Below, piece after piece: positions 24,072-32,723 of a stretch of DNA of 64,000 nt. Position numbers and translations under genes: made by a program. The notes under the pieces are model-generated. The model did no database searches. It was not told the origin of the DNA and saw nothing but the letters and a program-made list of their open reading frames with translations. The DNA is from an uncultured delta proteobacterium (GTDB taxonomy: Bacteria > Myxococcota_A > Polyangia > Polyangiales > Houyiibacteriaceae): assembly GCA_963842915.1 (NCBI GenBank), contig CAWJII010000004.1:264158-328157 (forward strand). Direction: 5' to 3'. The stretch's first letter is position 1, and every line of letters starts with the position of its first letter.

Positions 24072-24497
24072 TCACACGTTGTAAATGAGGTCTGTGATGT
24101 GGGACCAAACCGCGTCGTACACGCCGAGAATGATTGCCGCGATCACGGACACGATGAGGACGACGATCGTCTGAGACCAAGTTTCCTTGCGCGTGGGCCA
24201 GCTCACCTTGGAGAGCTCGACACACACTTCAACCACGAAGGTGTGAACCTTCTTCGACCGATAGGCGATGACCGCTGCGATGAACGCCAGCAAGCCTGCT
24301 CCAACCGAGATGAGCGTTCCGTCCGGCTCCGGGACGGCGTCGACGTTGTCCGCGAGCATCGTCCAGACTGCGGTGCCGCTCTTGATGAGGAACCAGGCCA
24401 GCGTAATGGCGCAGGCAGCGTAGGCGAACTGCACCCAGCGCTCTACTCCGAGCGTTCCGGTCGGCCTCGCTTTGTCTTGTTCTTTTGTGATCGCCAT
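24072..24497 (-). CDS. secE: Preprotein translocase subunit SecE (3-TM form)
   Basis: Position between tRNA-Trp and nusG; C-terminal ELSKVSWPTRKETWSQTIVVL signature. Start at MAITKEQ. Confidence 0.85.
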   Translation of the reverse strand: MAITKEQDKARPTGTLGVERWVQFAYAACAITLAWFLIKSGTAVWTMLADNVDAVPEPDGTLISVGAGLLAFIAAVIAYRSKKVHTFVVEVCVELSKVSWPTRKETWSQTIVVLIVSVIAAIILGVYDAVWSHITDLIYNV

Positions 24498-24510
24498 CGT
24501 TGTTCCTCGC

Positions 24511-24586
24511 GGCAGGCCAGGAGGGATTCGAACCCACAACCCGCGGATTTGGAATCCGCTGCTCTACCAATTGGAGCTACTGGCCT
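24511..24586 (-). tRNA. tRNA-Trp (anticodon CCA)
   Basis: Cloverleaf read by eye: acceptor AGGCCAG/CTGGCCT, anticodon arm GCGGA-TTCCAAA-TCCGC, T-loop TTCGAAT. Confidence 0.92.
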
Positions 24587-24844
24587 AGGAGATAGTGTGG
24601 GGGCGGTGGGGCGGGACAAACTGCCGGGCCCCCAGGCCCGTCCGGCCTCTATGTGCCCTTTGTCTTCCCTAGACCAACACCCTCTTTTTCTTATTTCGTT
24701 TCTTTGTGATCCGTTCGCCGGTTGCATTTGGGACAGAACTTTTTCAGGGTCAGTCTCTCCCGTTGGCCGGGCTTTCTCAACTTTGTCGTTTGGTAGTTGC
24801 GCGCCCCGCACTCGTCGCACGCGAGCGCAACCTTAACCCGTCTA

Positions 24845-26035
<1,191 letters not shown>

Positions 26036-26096
26036 CGTACGTTCCCTACTTCGTCGTTCTTCTGAGTGAGCTTGCTTGAACTCGCAAAATCCGCAG

Positions 26097-26168
26097 AGCC
26101 CAGGATGAGACTTGAACTCACGACCTCCCCCTTACCAAGGGGGTGCTCTACCACTGAGCTACCTGGGC
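26097..26168 (-). tRNA. tRNA-Thr (anticodon GGU)
   Basis: GCCCAGG acceptor, anticodon arm CCCCC-TTGGTAA-GGGGG, T-loop TTCAAGT. Confidence 0.9.
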
Positions 26169-26185
26169 ATAGTCTGATTTGCGGG

Positions 26186-26258
26186 AGCGGGCGACCGGGC
26201 TCGAACCGGCGACATTCAGTTTGGAAAACTGAGGCTCTACCAACTGAGCTACACCCGC
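26186..26258 (-). tRNA. tRNA-Gly (anticodon UCC)
   Basis: GCGGGTG acceptor, anticodon arm TCAGT-TTTCCAA-ACTGA, T-loop TTCGAGC. Confidence 0.9.
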
Positions 26259-26279
26259 GTAATCTGTGTGTTCATCTCC

Positions 26280-26365
26280 TGGTGGAGGGTGGTGGGTTCG
26301 AACCACCGTAGGCATAAGCCGGCAGATTTACAGTCTGCTCCCTTTGACCGCTCGGGCAACCCTCC
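26280..26365 (-). tRNA. tRNA-Tyr (anticodon GUA), long variable arm, CCA encoded
   Basis: GGAGGGT acceptor, anticodon arm GCAGA-CTGTAAA-TCTGC, variable arm, T-loop TTCGAAC, 3' ACCA. Confidence 0.9.
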
Positions 26366-26389
26366 ATGGTCATTCGTCTTTTCGCGTAG

Positions 26390-26462
26390 AGCTGGCGATG
26401 AGACTTGAACTCATAACCGCCGGTTTACAAAACCGGTGCTCTACCAATTGAGCTACGCCAGC
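26390..26462 (-). tRNA. tRNA-Thr (anticodon UGU)
   Basis: GCTGGCG acceptor, anticodon arm CCGGT-TTTGTAA-ACCGG, T-loop TTCAAGT. Confidence 0.9.
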
Positions 26463-26529
26463 ATGACGGCGGCGGCTTTACTACGTGCCGGCCCGCGTGA
26501 AGTCAAGGTAATCAGCGCACGCAATCTGA

Positions 26530-27804
26530 CTACATTGACTTACTTTTCGGCACACTTGGCGCCGCCAAGCAGGCTTTCACGGTTTCGACGCGATTGCGGC
26601 CCTTGGCCTTGGCCTCGTACATCGCGCTATCGGACGCCTTGAGGAGCGCGTCTAGCTCCGCGCCGTGCTCCGGAAACGCGGCCACCCCCACGCTGGCCGT
26701 TACCGAGAGGTAGGGTGCATTGGGAATCTTCATCTTCTCCACGGCAGCCCGGCAGCGATCGGCGACCCCCATGGCTTGCTTCAGGTCTGCTTTTGGAAGG
26801 AGCACCGCGAACTCCTCGCCTCCGAAACGTCCGATGATATCTCCCGCGCGCAAGGCGGTTTGCATCGCGCGAGTCGTCTGCTTGAGGACGAGGTCTCCGC
26901 GCGCGTGGCCGTGTGCGTCGTTGATGCGTTTGAAGTGGTCGAGGTCGAGCATCAAGACCGCCAGGGGCTTTCCGTCGCTGCGGGCCTTGAGCACGGCGCG
27001 CTCCATGAGTGTCATCGCGAAGCCGCGCGTGTAAGCACCGGTCAAGGAATCGAACTGTGCGGCTTCGAAGAGCGATCGCTCGTCCTGGCGCCAGACGCTG
27101 ATCAAGTGGTCCATGATGATCGCGAGCGGAATGTAAATCAGCGCAGCGGCGACAGCCCGCTCCGCGGCCACCTGGGCGACGTCCGATTGCTCGAACGACG
27201 CCTCGAACAAGGCCAAAAATGGAAGTAGCCCGGCTCTGCTGGCGAAGTGCATCAAGGACATCGACAGAAGCCAGCCGCCAACGGCGAACCAGAGCCAACG
27301 GCGCTCGAGAAGGACCATGCCCAAGAGAAGGGCAGCCACGTTGATCAAGCCGCTTACGGCCGTGTATGGGCCGAGTGCGTAACAGACGGCTGTGCCCGTG
27401 AGGACGTGCGCGACGATGGTGACGACGAGAAGCCGCGAGCTCTTGGCCTCACGCCGCAGGTCGAAAATCCGGGTCCAGACGTAGAGACCGAGCCAGAAGA
27501 GAAGAGCTCCAACGGCTAGGATCGTCGTCGTCCGCAGCGCCCCTTCGTCCTCGGGACGCTGAAGGAGGAAGGGCCAACCATCGAGCACTGCAAAGCAGAA
27601 GCTGACGATCAGCATCAGGAGCGCGGTCAGAAACTGCACGTAGAGCGAGCGGTCGGAGGCCGTCCAGCTGAACGGGGAGCCCTTGGGCAACAGCGGCGTG
27701 CCGAACGGATTGCGCGACACTCGCGTCTTCGCGCGCGCCTGACTCTTCACCCCATCCGAAGGCGAATGAACACGTGGTGGCTCGCTCTGTAGACTGACGG
27801 CCAT
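26530..27804 (-). CDS. Membrane-bound diguanylate cyclase (GGDEF domain)
   Basis: About 6 N-terminal TM helices; C-terminal GGDEF domain with active-site GGEEF and an RAGD (RxxD) I-site 5 residues upstream. Confidence 0.88.
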   Translation of the reverse strand: MAVSLQSEPPRVHSPSDGVKSQARAKTRVSRNPFGTPLLPKGSPFSWTASDRSLYVQFLTALLMLIVSFCFAVLDGWPFLLQRPEDEGALRTTTILAVGALLFWLGLYVWTRIFDLRREAKSSRLLVVTIVAHVLTGTAVCYALGPYTAVSGLINVAALLLGMVLLERRWLWFAVGGWLLSMSLMHFASRAGLLPFLALFEASFEQSDVAQVAAERAVAAALIYIPLAIIMDHLISVWRQDERSLFEAAQFDSLTGAYTRGFAMTLMERAVLKARSDGKPLAVLMLDLDHFKRINDAHGHARGDLVLKQTTRAMQTALRAGDIIGRFGGEEFAVLLPKADLKQAMGVADRCRAAVEKMKIPNAPYLSVTASVGVAAFPEHGAELDALLKASDSAMYEAKAKGRNRVETVKACLAAPSVPKSKSM

Positions 27805-27846
27805 GTCCCCTCTTTCAGGGTAGCAAGTAACGAGGCGGGGTGTTCA

Positions 27847-28215
27847 CTAGGCGGCGTCGTGAACGCCGATCGGCCGAGTCGCCAGAACCAGCTCCCGGAC
27901 CCGGACCCAGCGGCGAAGCGCGTGCCAGTGGGCGTTGGCCATCGCTAGAAAGCGAATAGCTGTATCGTTGAACAGGTAGCCATGGGTATCGCGAACGACC
28001 TCCGCGCCAATCCACAGAGGGTCGGGTTCGCCTGGCAGGCTGAGTCGAATCTGCAGCTGATCACGGTGGCGGTTGCCCAGGATGGCCAATGAATCGAGGA
28101 GCAAGCCGTGCTCACCGAGGCTGGTCACGAAAGCCGGCAGGACCTCGTCGTCCGCGACCAGCTCCGCGTAGAGCGCCACCGGAACCAGAGCTTCTCGGTG
28201 TGCGCCTACGAGCAT
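27847..28215 (-). CDS. Small hypothetical protein, possibly PilZ-like
   Basis: 122 aa directly upstream of, and co-oriented with, the GGDEF gene. Weak (D/N)xSxxG-like TSLGEHG; no clear RxxxR motif. Confidence 0.35.
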   Translation of the reverse strand: MLVGAHREALVPVALYAELVADDEVLPAFVTSLGEHGLLLDSLAILGNRHRDQLQIRLSLPGEPDPLWIGAEVVRDTHGYLFNDTAIRFLAMANAHWHALRRWVRVRELVLATRPIGVHDAA

Positions 28216-28368
28216 CGCCTTTGAAGCTAAGGGGAGTGGCCAAACCGGGCAAAAAACTCGCCGGACCGCGGAAGACCCAAAACGCTGTGATTCCGGCGCG
28301 CTGGGTCTCCTTCGCTTCGCGGCCGCATGCCTGGTTTGACGGCAAGGCCGGGCCTGTGGTACCCGAAA

Positions 28369-28386
28369 ATGAATGGCGGTTCATTC
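28369..28386. promoter_or_regulatory. Inverted repeat AATGAA-N6-TTCATT overlapping the TetR start codon (candidate operator)
   Basis: aATGAATGGCGGTTCATTc. The half sites are reverse complements of each other. The ATG of the TetR ORF lies inside the repeat. Confidence 0.35.
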
Positions 28387-28990
28387 GACAGCCGAGAGGC
28401 GAAAGGGCTCCGCTCCGGACAAGCGGGATCGGATTCTCAAGGCAGCGATCAAGGTGTTCGCCAAGAACGGCTTCTACGCGACACGGGTGAGCGAAATCGC
28501 CAAGGCAGCAGGAGTGGCGGACGGCACGATCTACCTCTACTTCAAGAACAAGGACGACGTCCTGATCACGATCTTCGAGGAAGGGATCGAGCAACTGCTG
28601 GCGATACTGCGAGGGGTTGCCGAGTCGGACGACGCGTTCGAAGACCGAATCCGCCGCATCATCGAGCTGCAGCTCGGTTTGCTAGAAGAACAACGCGACC
28701 TGGCCGAGGTCATCACCGTGAACCTTCGGCAATCGTCTCGACTGCTCAAGCAGTATGCGGCGCCGCTCTTCATGCAATACATCGAGGTGATCGCAGGAGT
28801 CATTCGCGACGGGCAGAAGGAAGGGGCCTTTCGCACAGACCTGAACCCGCGCGTCGTCGCGCGTAGCCTGTTCGGCGCCTTGGATGCGATTCTCCTGACC
28901 TGGGCGCTAGGGGAAGGTGACGCGCCTGCGTTGCGCAAAGCAGCTACGCATTGTGCCAGCCTCTTTCTCGAGGGCTTGCGGCAGCGTTGA
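28373..28990 (+). CDS. TetR/AcrR family transcriptional regulator (Bacillus FadR/YsiA-like context)
   Basis: N-terminal HTH RDRILKAAIKVFAKNGFYATRVSEIAKAAGVADGTIYLYFKNKDD; lies near the etfBA genes. Confidence 0.88.
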   Translation: MAVHSTAERRKGSAPDKRDRILKAAIKVFAKNGFYATRVSEIAKAAGVADGTIYLYFKNKDDVLITIFEEGIEQLLAILRGVAESDDAFEDRIRRIIELQLGLLEEQRDLAEVITVNLRQSSRLLKQYAAPLFMQYIEVIAGVIRDGQKEGAFRTDLNPRVVARSLFGALDAILLTWALGEGDAPALRKAATHCASLFLEGLRQR

Positions 28991-29038
28991 GCGGAACGGG
29001 TTGCGGGTGACGAAACCTTGGCGCCTGCCGAGGACGAG

Positions 29039-29911
29039 CTAGCGAGTCGCCGTGTCGACCAGCTCTTGACTCAATTCCCAGAGCCGGCGCGCCGCTTCCT
29101 CGTCCGCGGAGGGCTTGCTGGGCTTGGCCTCTCGGACCTTGTCGAAGTAGCGCCCGGTGACGCCTTCGAGCTCCGGCGCCGTCGCGACGTGGACCGAGGT
29201 CTTGGCTCCATCGGCTTCCGACATGACGACTACCCGCGCGAACGGCGAGCGGTGGAGCGCGTTGAGGAACACGTTGTTGCGTGTGATGCGACTTCGCACG
29301 TTGCCCGGGTTCAGGGCGTTGGACGTGATTCCGAGTTTCTTCCAACGGCGCGCGAGCTCATTCGAGAAAAGAACGTTCGCGAGCTTCGAGTGGCCGTAGA
29401 CCCAGAACCCCCGCCAGCGCTCCTCGAACATCAGGTCGTCCCAGTTGAGCGACTTCGGGCGGACGTGCATCGAAGAGGAGACGTTGACCACGCGAGCTCG
29501 AGTGCCAGCCACAAGCGTGTCCTTGAGCTCGTTCGTGAGCAGAAAATGCGCGAGGTGGTTGACCGCGAAGGTCTCTTCATAGCCGTCTTTACTGAGCTTG
29601 CGTTCCTTGTGCCAAACGCCCGCATTGTTGACCAGCACGTCGAGCGAATGGAAACGGCTCTTGATGTCAGCGGCGAGCCGCCGCACCTCCGGCAGGGAAG
29701 AAAAATCAGCCTGGAAAGTCTCGATTCGCCCCATCGCACTGGAACGCAGCTCTTTGGCAGCGTCAGCTAGCCGCTCCGCATTGCGGCCTACGATTCCGAC
29801 GACATCGAAGCGCGAGCTCAGGCCGCGGGCGGTTTCCAGTCCAATTCCGCTGCTTCCGCCGGTCACCAAGGCATAGCGAGTGGTTTTGCTCTCGTCACGC
29901 ACAACGCGCAT
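29039..29911 (-). CDS. Short-chain dehydrogenase/reductase (SDR)
   Basis: VTGGSSGIGLETA cofactor motif, NNAG, YGHSK (YxxxK) catalytic motif. Confidence 0.88.
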   Translation of the reverse strand: MRVVRDESKTTRYALVTGGSSGIGLETARGLSSRFDVVGIVGRNAERLADAAKELRSSAMGRIETFQADFSSLPEVRRLAADIKSRFHSLDVLVNNAGVWHKERKLSKDGYEETFAVNHLAHFLLTNELKDTLVAGTRARVVNVSSSMHVRPKSLNWDDLMFEERWRGFWVYGHSKLANVLFSNELARRWKKLGITSNALNPGNVRSRITRNNVFLNALHRSPFARVVVMSEADGAKTSVHVATAPELEGVTGRYFDKVREAKPSKPSADEEAARRLWELSQELVDTATR

Positions 29912-29967
29912 CTAGCATAGCCGGGCAGACTGGAAGGGGCGAGAGGAGCGGCGCTGAGCCACCCTCC

Positions 29968-29996
29968 TTGACAGCTTTGCAAAACGCGCCTAGATC
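29968..29996 (+). promoter_or_regulatory. Possible sigma-70-type promoter for etfBA
   Basis: TTGACA (6/6), 17-nt spacer, TAGATC (3/6), about 60 nt upstream of the GTG/GAGGAGG-led etfB start. Confidence 0.3.
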
Positions 29997-30053
29997 GCCT
30001 GCGATTTTCAGCATTTAACAGCCTTTCATGGCTCAATGATCTGAGGAGGAAAT

Positions 30054-30905
30054 GTGAAGATCCTCGTATCCATCAAGCGCGTTGCGGACCCGGACAACGC
30101 AAGCAAGCTCAAGGTGAGCGCCGACGGCACTGCCGTCACATCGGAAGGCCTCGAATGGAAGATGAATCCTTTCGATGACTGGAGCCTCGAGGCCGCACTG
30201 CGATTGACCGAGAACGCCGCTCAAAAGAACGCGCGTGTCGGTGAAGTCGTACTGGTATCGATCGGTCCGAACGATGAGCATACCCAGCGGATCATCCGTG
30301 AAGGTCTGGCCAAGGGCGCCGAGCGCGGCATCCTCGTCGAAGCTGACGAGGGCAACCTCGACGCAGGGGTCGTCTCCGCGATCCTCAAGGCGGTCGTGGA
30401 CAAGGAGAGCCCGGACCTGGTCATGATGGGCAAGCAGGCTGCCGACGGCGACTCGAACGTCGCAGGCACCGCGCTCGCGGAGCAGCTCGGTTGGCCGGTG
30501 ATCAACTCGGCGATGCGGATCATGACCGCCGACGACGGGAAGACCCTCGAAGTCCGGCGTGAGCTCGATACTGGCGTCGCTACGGTGAAGGTCACGGGCC
30601 CCGCGGTGATCACCACCTCCGACCGCATCCTTCAGCCCGATTCGGTACAAAACGGCGTGACCCCCGGCGACCACCAGTACGCAAAGCTGGAGGTCGGCGG
30701 CCGCTACGCATCTCTCAAGGGCATCATGCAGGCCAAGAAGAAGCCGATCGACCAGACGTCGCTCGGCGACCTCGGTGTCGACACAGCGAAGGCGCTCAAC
30801 TACACGAAGTTCGCGCTGCCGCCGGCACGCTCGGGTGAAACGACGTTTGTCGAGGACGCCGCGGATCTCGTCGACAAGCTGCACAACGTGGCCAAGGTCA
30901 TCTAA
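30054..30905 (+). CDS. etfB: Electron transfer flavoprotein subunit beta
   Basis: MKILVSIKRVADPD..., NPFDDWSLEAALRL, MGKQAADGDSNVAG; strong GAGGAGG RBS. Confidence 0.93.
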   Translation: MKILVSIKRVADPDNASKLKVSADGTAVTSEGLEWKMNPFDDWSLEAALRLTENAAQKNARVGEVVLVSIGPNDEHTQRIIREGLAKGAERGILVEADEGNLDAGVVSAILKAVVDKESPDLVMMGKQAADGDSNVAGTALAEQLGWPVINSAMRIMTADDGKTLEVRRELDTGVATVKVTGPAVITTSDRILQPDSVQNGVTPGDHQYAKLEVGGRYASLKGIMQAKKKPIDQTSLGDLGVDTAKALNYTKFALPPARSGETTFVEDAADLVDKLHNVAKVI

Positions 30906-30935
30906 CCCTCGAGAAACGGAAAGGAAGCATCAGAC

Positions 30936-31898
30936 ATGGCTAATGTTCTCGTTGTTGCGGAGTTGCTTGAGGGCAAGGCACGCAAAACCACTCTTTGTGC
31001 AGTCACGGCTGCGAAGCAGATCGCGGAAGGTACAGGCGGTTCATTCGACATCCTCTCCATCGGAGAGGGCGCAGGCGCAGCAGCAGGCGAGCTGGCGGGC
31101 TTCGGCGCAGGCAAGGTGCTCAAGGCGGAGATCGCCGGCGGCTACACCTGCGAGAAGTACGCTGCGACCGTCGCGGAAGCTGGCAAGGGCTACGACGTCC
31201 TCGTCGCTTGCGCGAGCGCTTATGGCAAGGACCTGCTTCCGCGTGCCGCCGCCAAGCTCGGCGCGGGCGTGGCGTCCGACATCTCGGCAGTGCACGTCGA
31301 CGGCGGCAAGCTGTCGTACACCCGTCCGATGTATGCGGGCAATGTGTCCGGCACGGTCGAGATTCTCACCGACAAGCAGGTCGTCACCGTTCGTCAGTCG
31401 GAATTCGATCCCGCTCAGGCCTCCGGAGGCGAGAGCCCCTCGGAAGACATCGCTGTACAGAGCGACCCGGCAGCGGACAAGGTCGAGTTCCTTGGCGTCG
31501 AGGTTGTGAAGAGCGAGCGCCCCGATCTCGGGGACGCCGACATCGTCGTCTCGGGAGGCCGTGCCCTCAAGAGCGCGGAGAACTTCACGAACGTCATCGA
31601 GCCGCTCGTCGATGCGCTAGGCGCGGCGATGGGCGCATCGCGTGCCGCATGTGACGCGGGCTACGTGTCCCCTGAGCTTCAGGTTGGCCAGACGGGTAAG
31701 GTCGTCGCGCCGAAGCTCTACATCGCGATCGGCATCTCGGGCGCCATCCAGCACTTGGCTGGCATGAAAGGCAGCAAGACGATCGTCGCAATCAACAAGG
31801 ACAAGGAAGCGCCGATCGCGCAGGTCGCCGACTACTTCCTGACCGCCGATCTCTTCGATGTGGTCCCTGCGCTCACCGACGCCGTGAAGAAGCTCTAA
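30936..31898 (+). CDS. etfA: Electron transfer flavoprotein subunit alpha
   Basis: [54 protein letters not shown]. Confidence 0.93.
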   Translation: MANVLVVAELLEGKARKTTLCAVTAAKQIAEGTGGSFDILSIGEGAGAAAGELAGFGAGKVLKAEIAGGYTCEKYAATVAEAGKGYDVLVACASAYGKDLLPRAAAKLGAGVASDISAVHVDGGKLSYTRPMYAGNVSGTVEILTDKQVVTVRQSEFDPAQASGGESPSEDIAVQSDPAADKVEFLGVEVVKSERPDLGDADIVVSGGRALKSAENFTNVIEPLVDALGAAMGASRAACDAGYVSPELQVGQTGKVVAPKLYIAIGISGAIQHLAGMKGSKTIVAINKDKEAPIAQVADYFLTADLFDVVPALTDAVKKL

Positions 31899-31926
31899 GC
31901 CTCTTCGCAGCCGAAATCAGCAGAAG

Positions 31927-31958
31927 AAGCCCGGGTGGTACGGCCTCCCGGGCTTTTT
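31927..31958 (+). terminator. Rho-independent terminator after etfA
   Basis: AAGCCCGGG-tggtacggcct-CCCGGGCTT followed by TTT. Confidence 0.7.
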
Positions 31959-32030
31959 CGTGGTCTGGGTCCGAGGGGGACGCGAACCTTTTTGTGGCCC
32001 GGAGCTTGGCCGATCCTGCACAATTCTGAG

Positions 32031-32543
32031 ATGACCTGGTCTGTCGCCGCCCTGCTGGTCCTCGCCGTCGCGCTCGTCGTACCGGCCCAGGTACGACGAC
32101 GACGCCAGGGGCGGACTGGAAACCCGGCTGACCGCCGGCGGACCAGCTCGAAGCCTGACACTGGGTCGACGCCCGGGCCGCGACCGAGCACGGAGCCCGA
32201 ACCGAGCCCCTTGAAGGGTTGCCCGGTGTGCCTCTCGGAGTACCCGACCCGGAACCGGTTTTGCGTTCGTGACGGCGCAGAGCTGATGGACGGCCACTGC
32301 TCCGGTCCCTTTTCCCAGGGAATGATCTGCCCGACCTGCCGGCGGGGCTACCCTTTTGATTCCAGCTTTTGCCCCGAGGACGCGGACGAATTGGTGCCCT
32401 ACGGCCTCTACGGTGCAGCGAGCTCGACCCGCCCTCCCCTGATGCTCGACACCCACAAAATCTGCCCCGAATGTGGGATTCGTCATGCCGCCACCCACCT
32501 CTTCTGCGGCGAGGACGGCACCGAGCTCGTGGCCGTAAACTGA
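32031..32543 (+). CDS. Membrane-anchored protein with three tandem zinc-ribbon motifs
   Basis: Start moved to MTWSVAALLVLAVALVV (TM) because the etfA terminator lies at the track ORF start. Three copies of CPxC-x(10-13)-FCxxDGxEL. Confidence 0.6.
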   Translation: MTWSVAALLVLAVALVVPAQVRRRRQGRTGNPADRRRTSSKPDTGSTPGPRPSTEPEPSPLKGCPVCLSEYPTRNRFCVRDGAELMDGHCSGPFSQGMICPTCRRGYPFDSSFCPEDADELVPYGLYGAASSTRPPLMLDTHKICPECGIRHAATHLFCGEDGTELVAVN

Positions 32544-32723
32544 ATCAAGAGCCAAGGATCCCGGGGAGCGGGGGTCCAACGACTCGGAAACAACCTTGGT
32601 GGACTTCTTGCGTGGCATAGAACAGGACCGCTATGATCGCGGTCCTACAGGGGAATCTTCGATCCGGTACAGCTTGAGCTCTCCATCGAGTTGCAAGGGG
32701 CCGGCAGGAGACGGGGGCTATAA

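Noticed and set aside
26066-26470. tRNA cluster as a possible integration hotspot or genomic-island boundary
   Set aside because: No integrase, direct repeat of a tRNA 3' end, or compositional shift is visible next to it. The flanking genes are the conserved tuf block and an ordinary GGDEF gene.
30033-30884. 283-aa minus-strand ORF
   Set aside because: It is exactly antisense to etfB, which has clear family motifs and a strong RBS.
31917-32618. 233-aa minus-strand ORF
   Set aside because: It is antisense to the triple zinc-ribbon ORF. It has no motifs and runs through the etfA terminator hairpin. The regular Cys pattern on the plus strand is more convincing, although the call is not certain.
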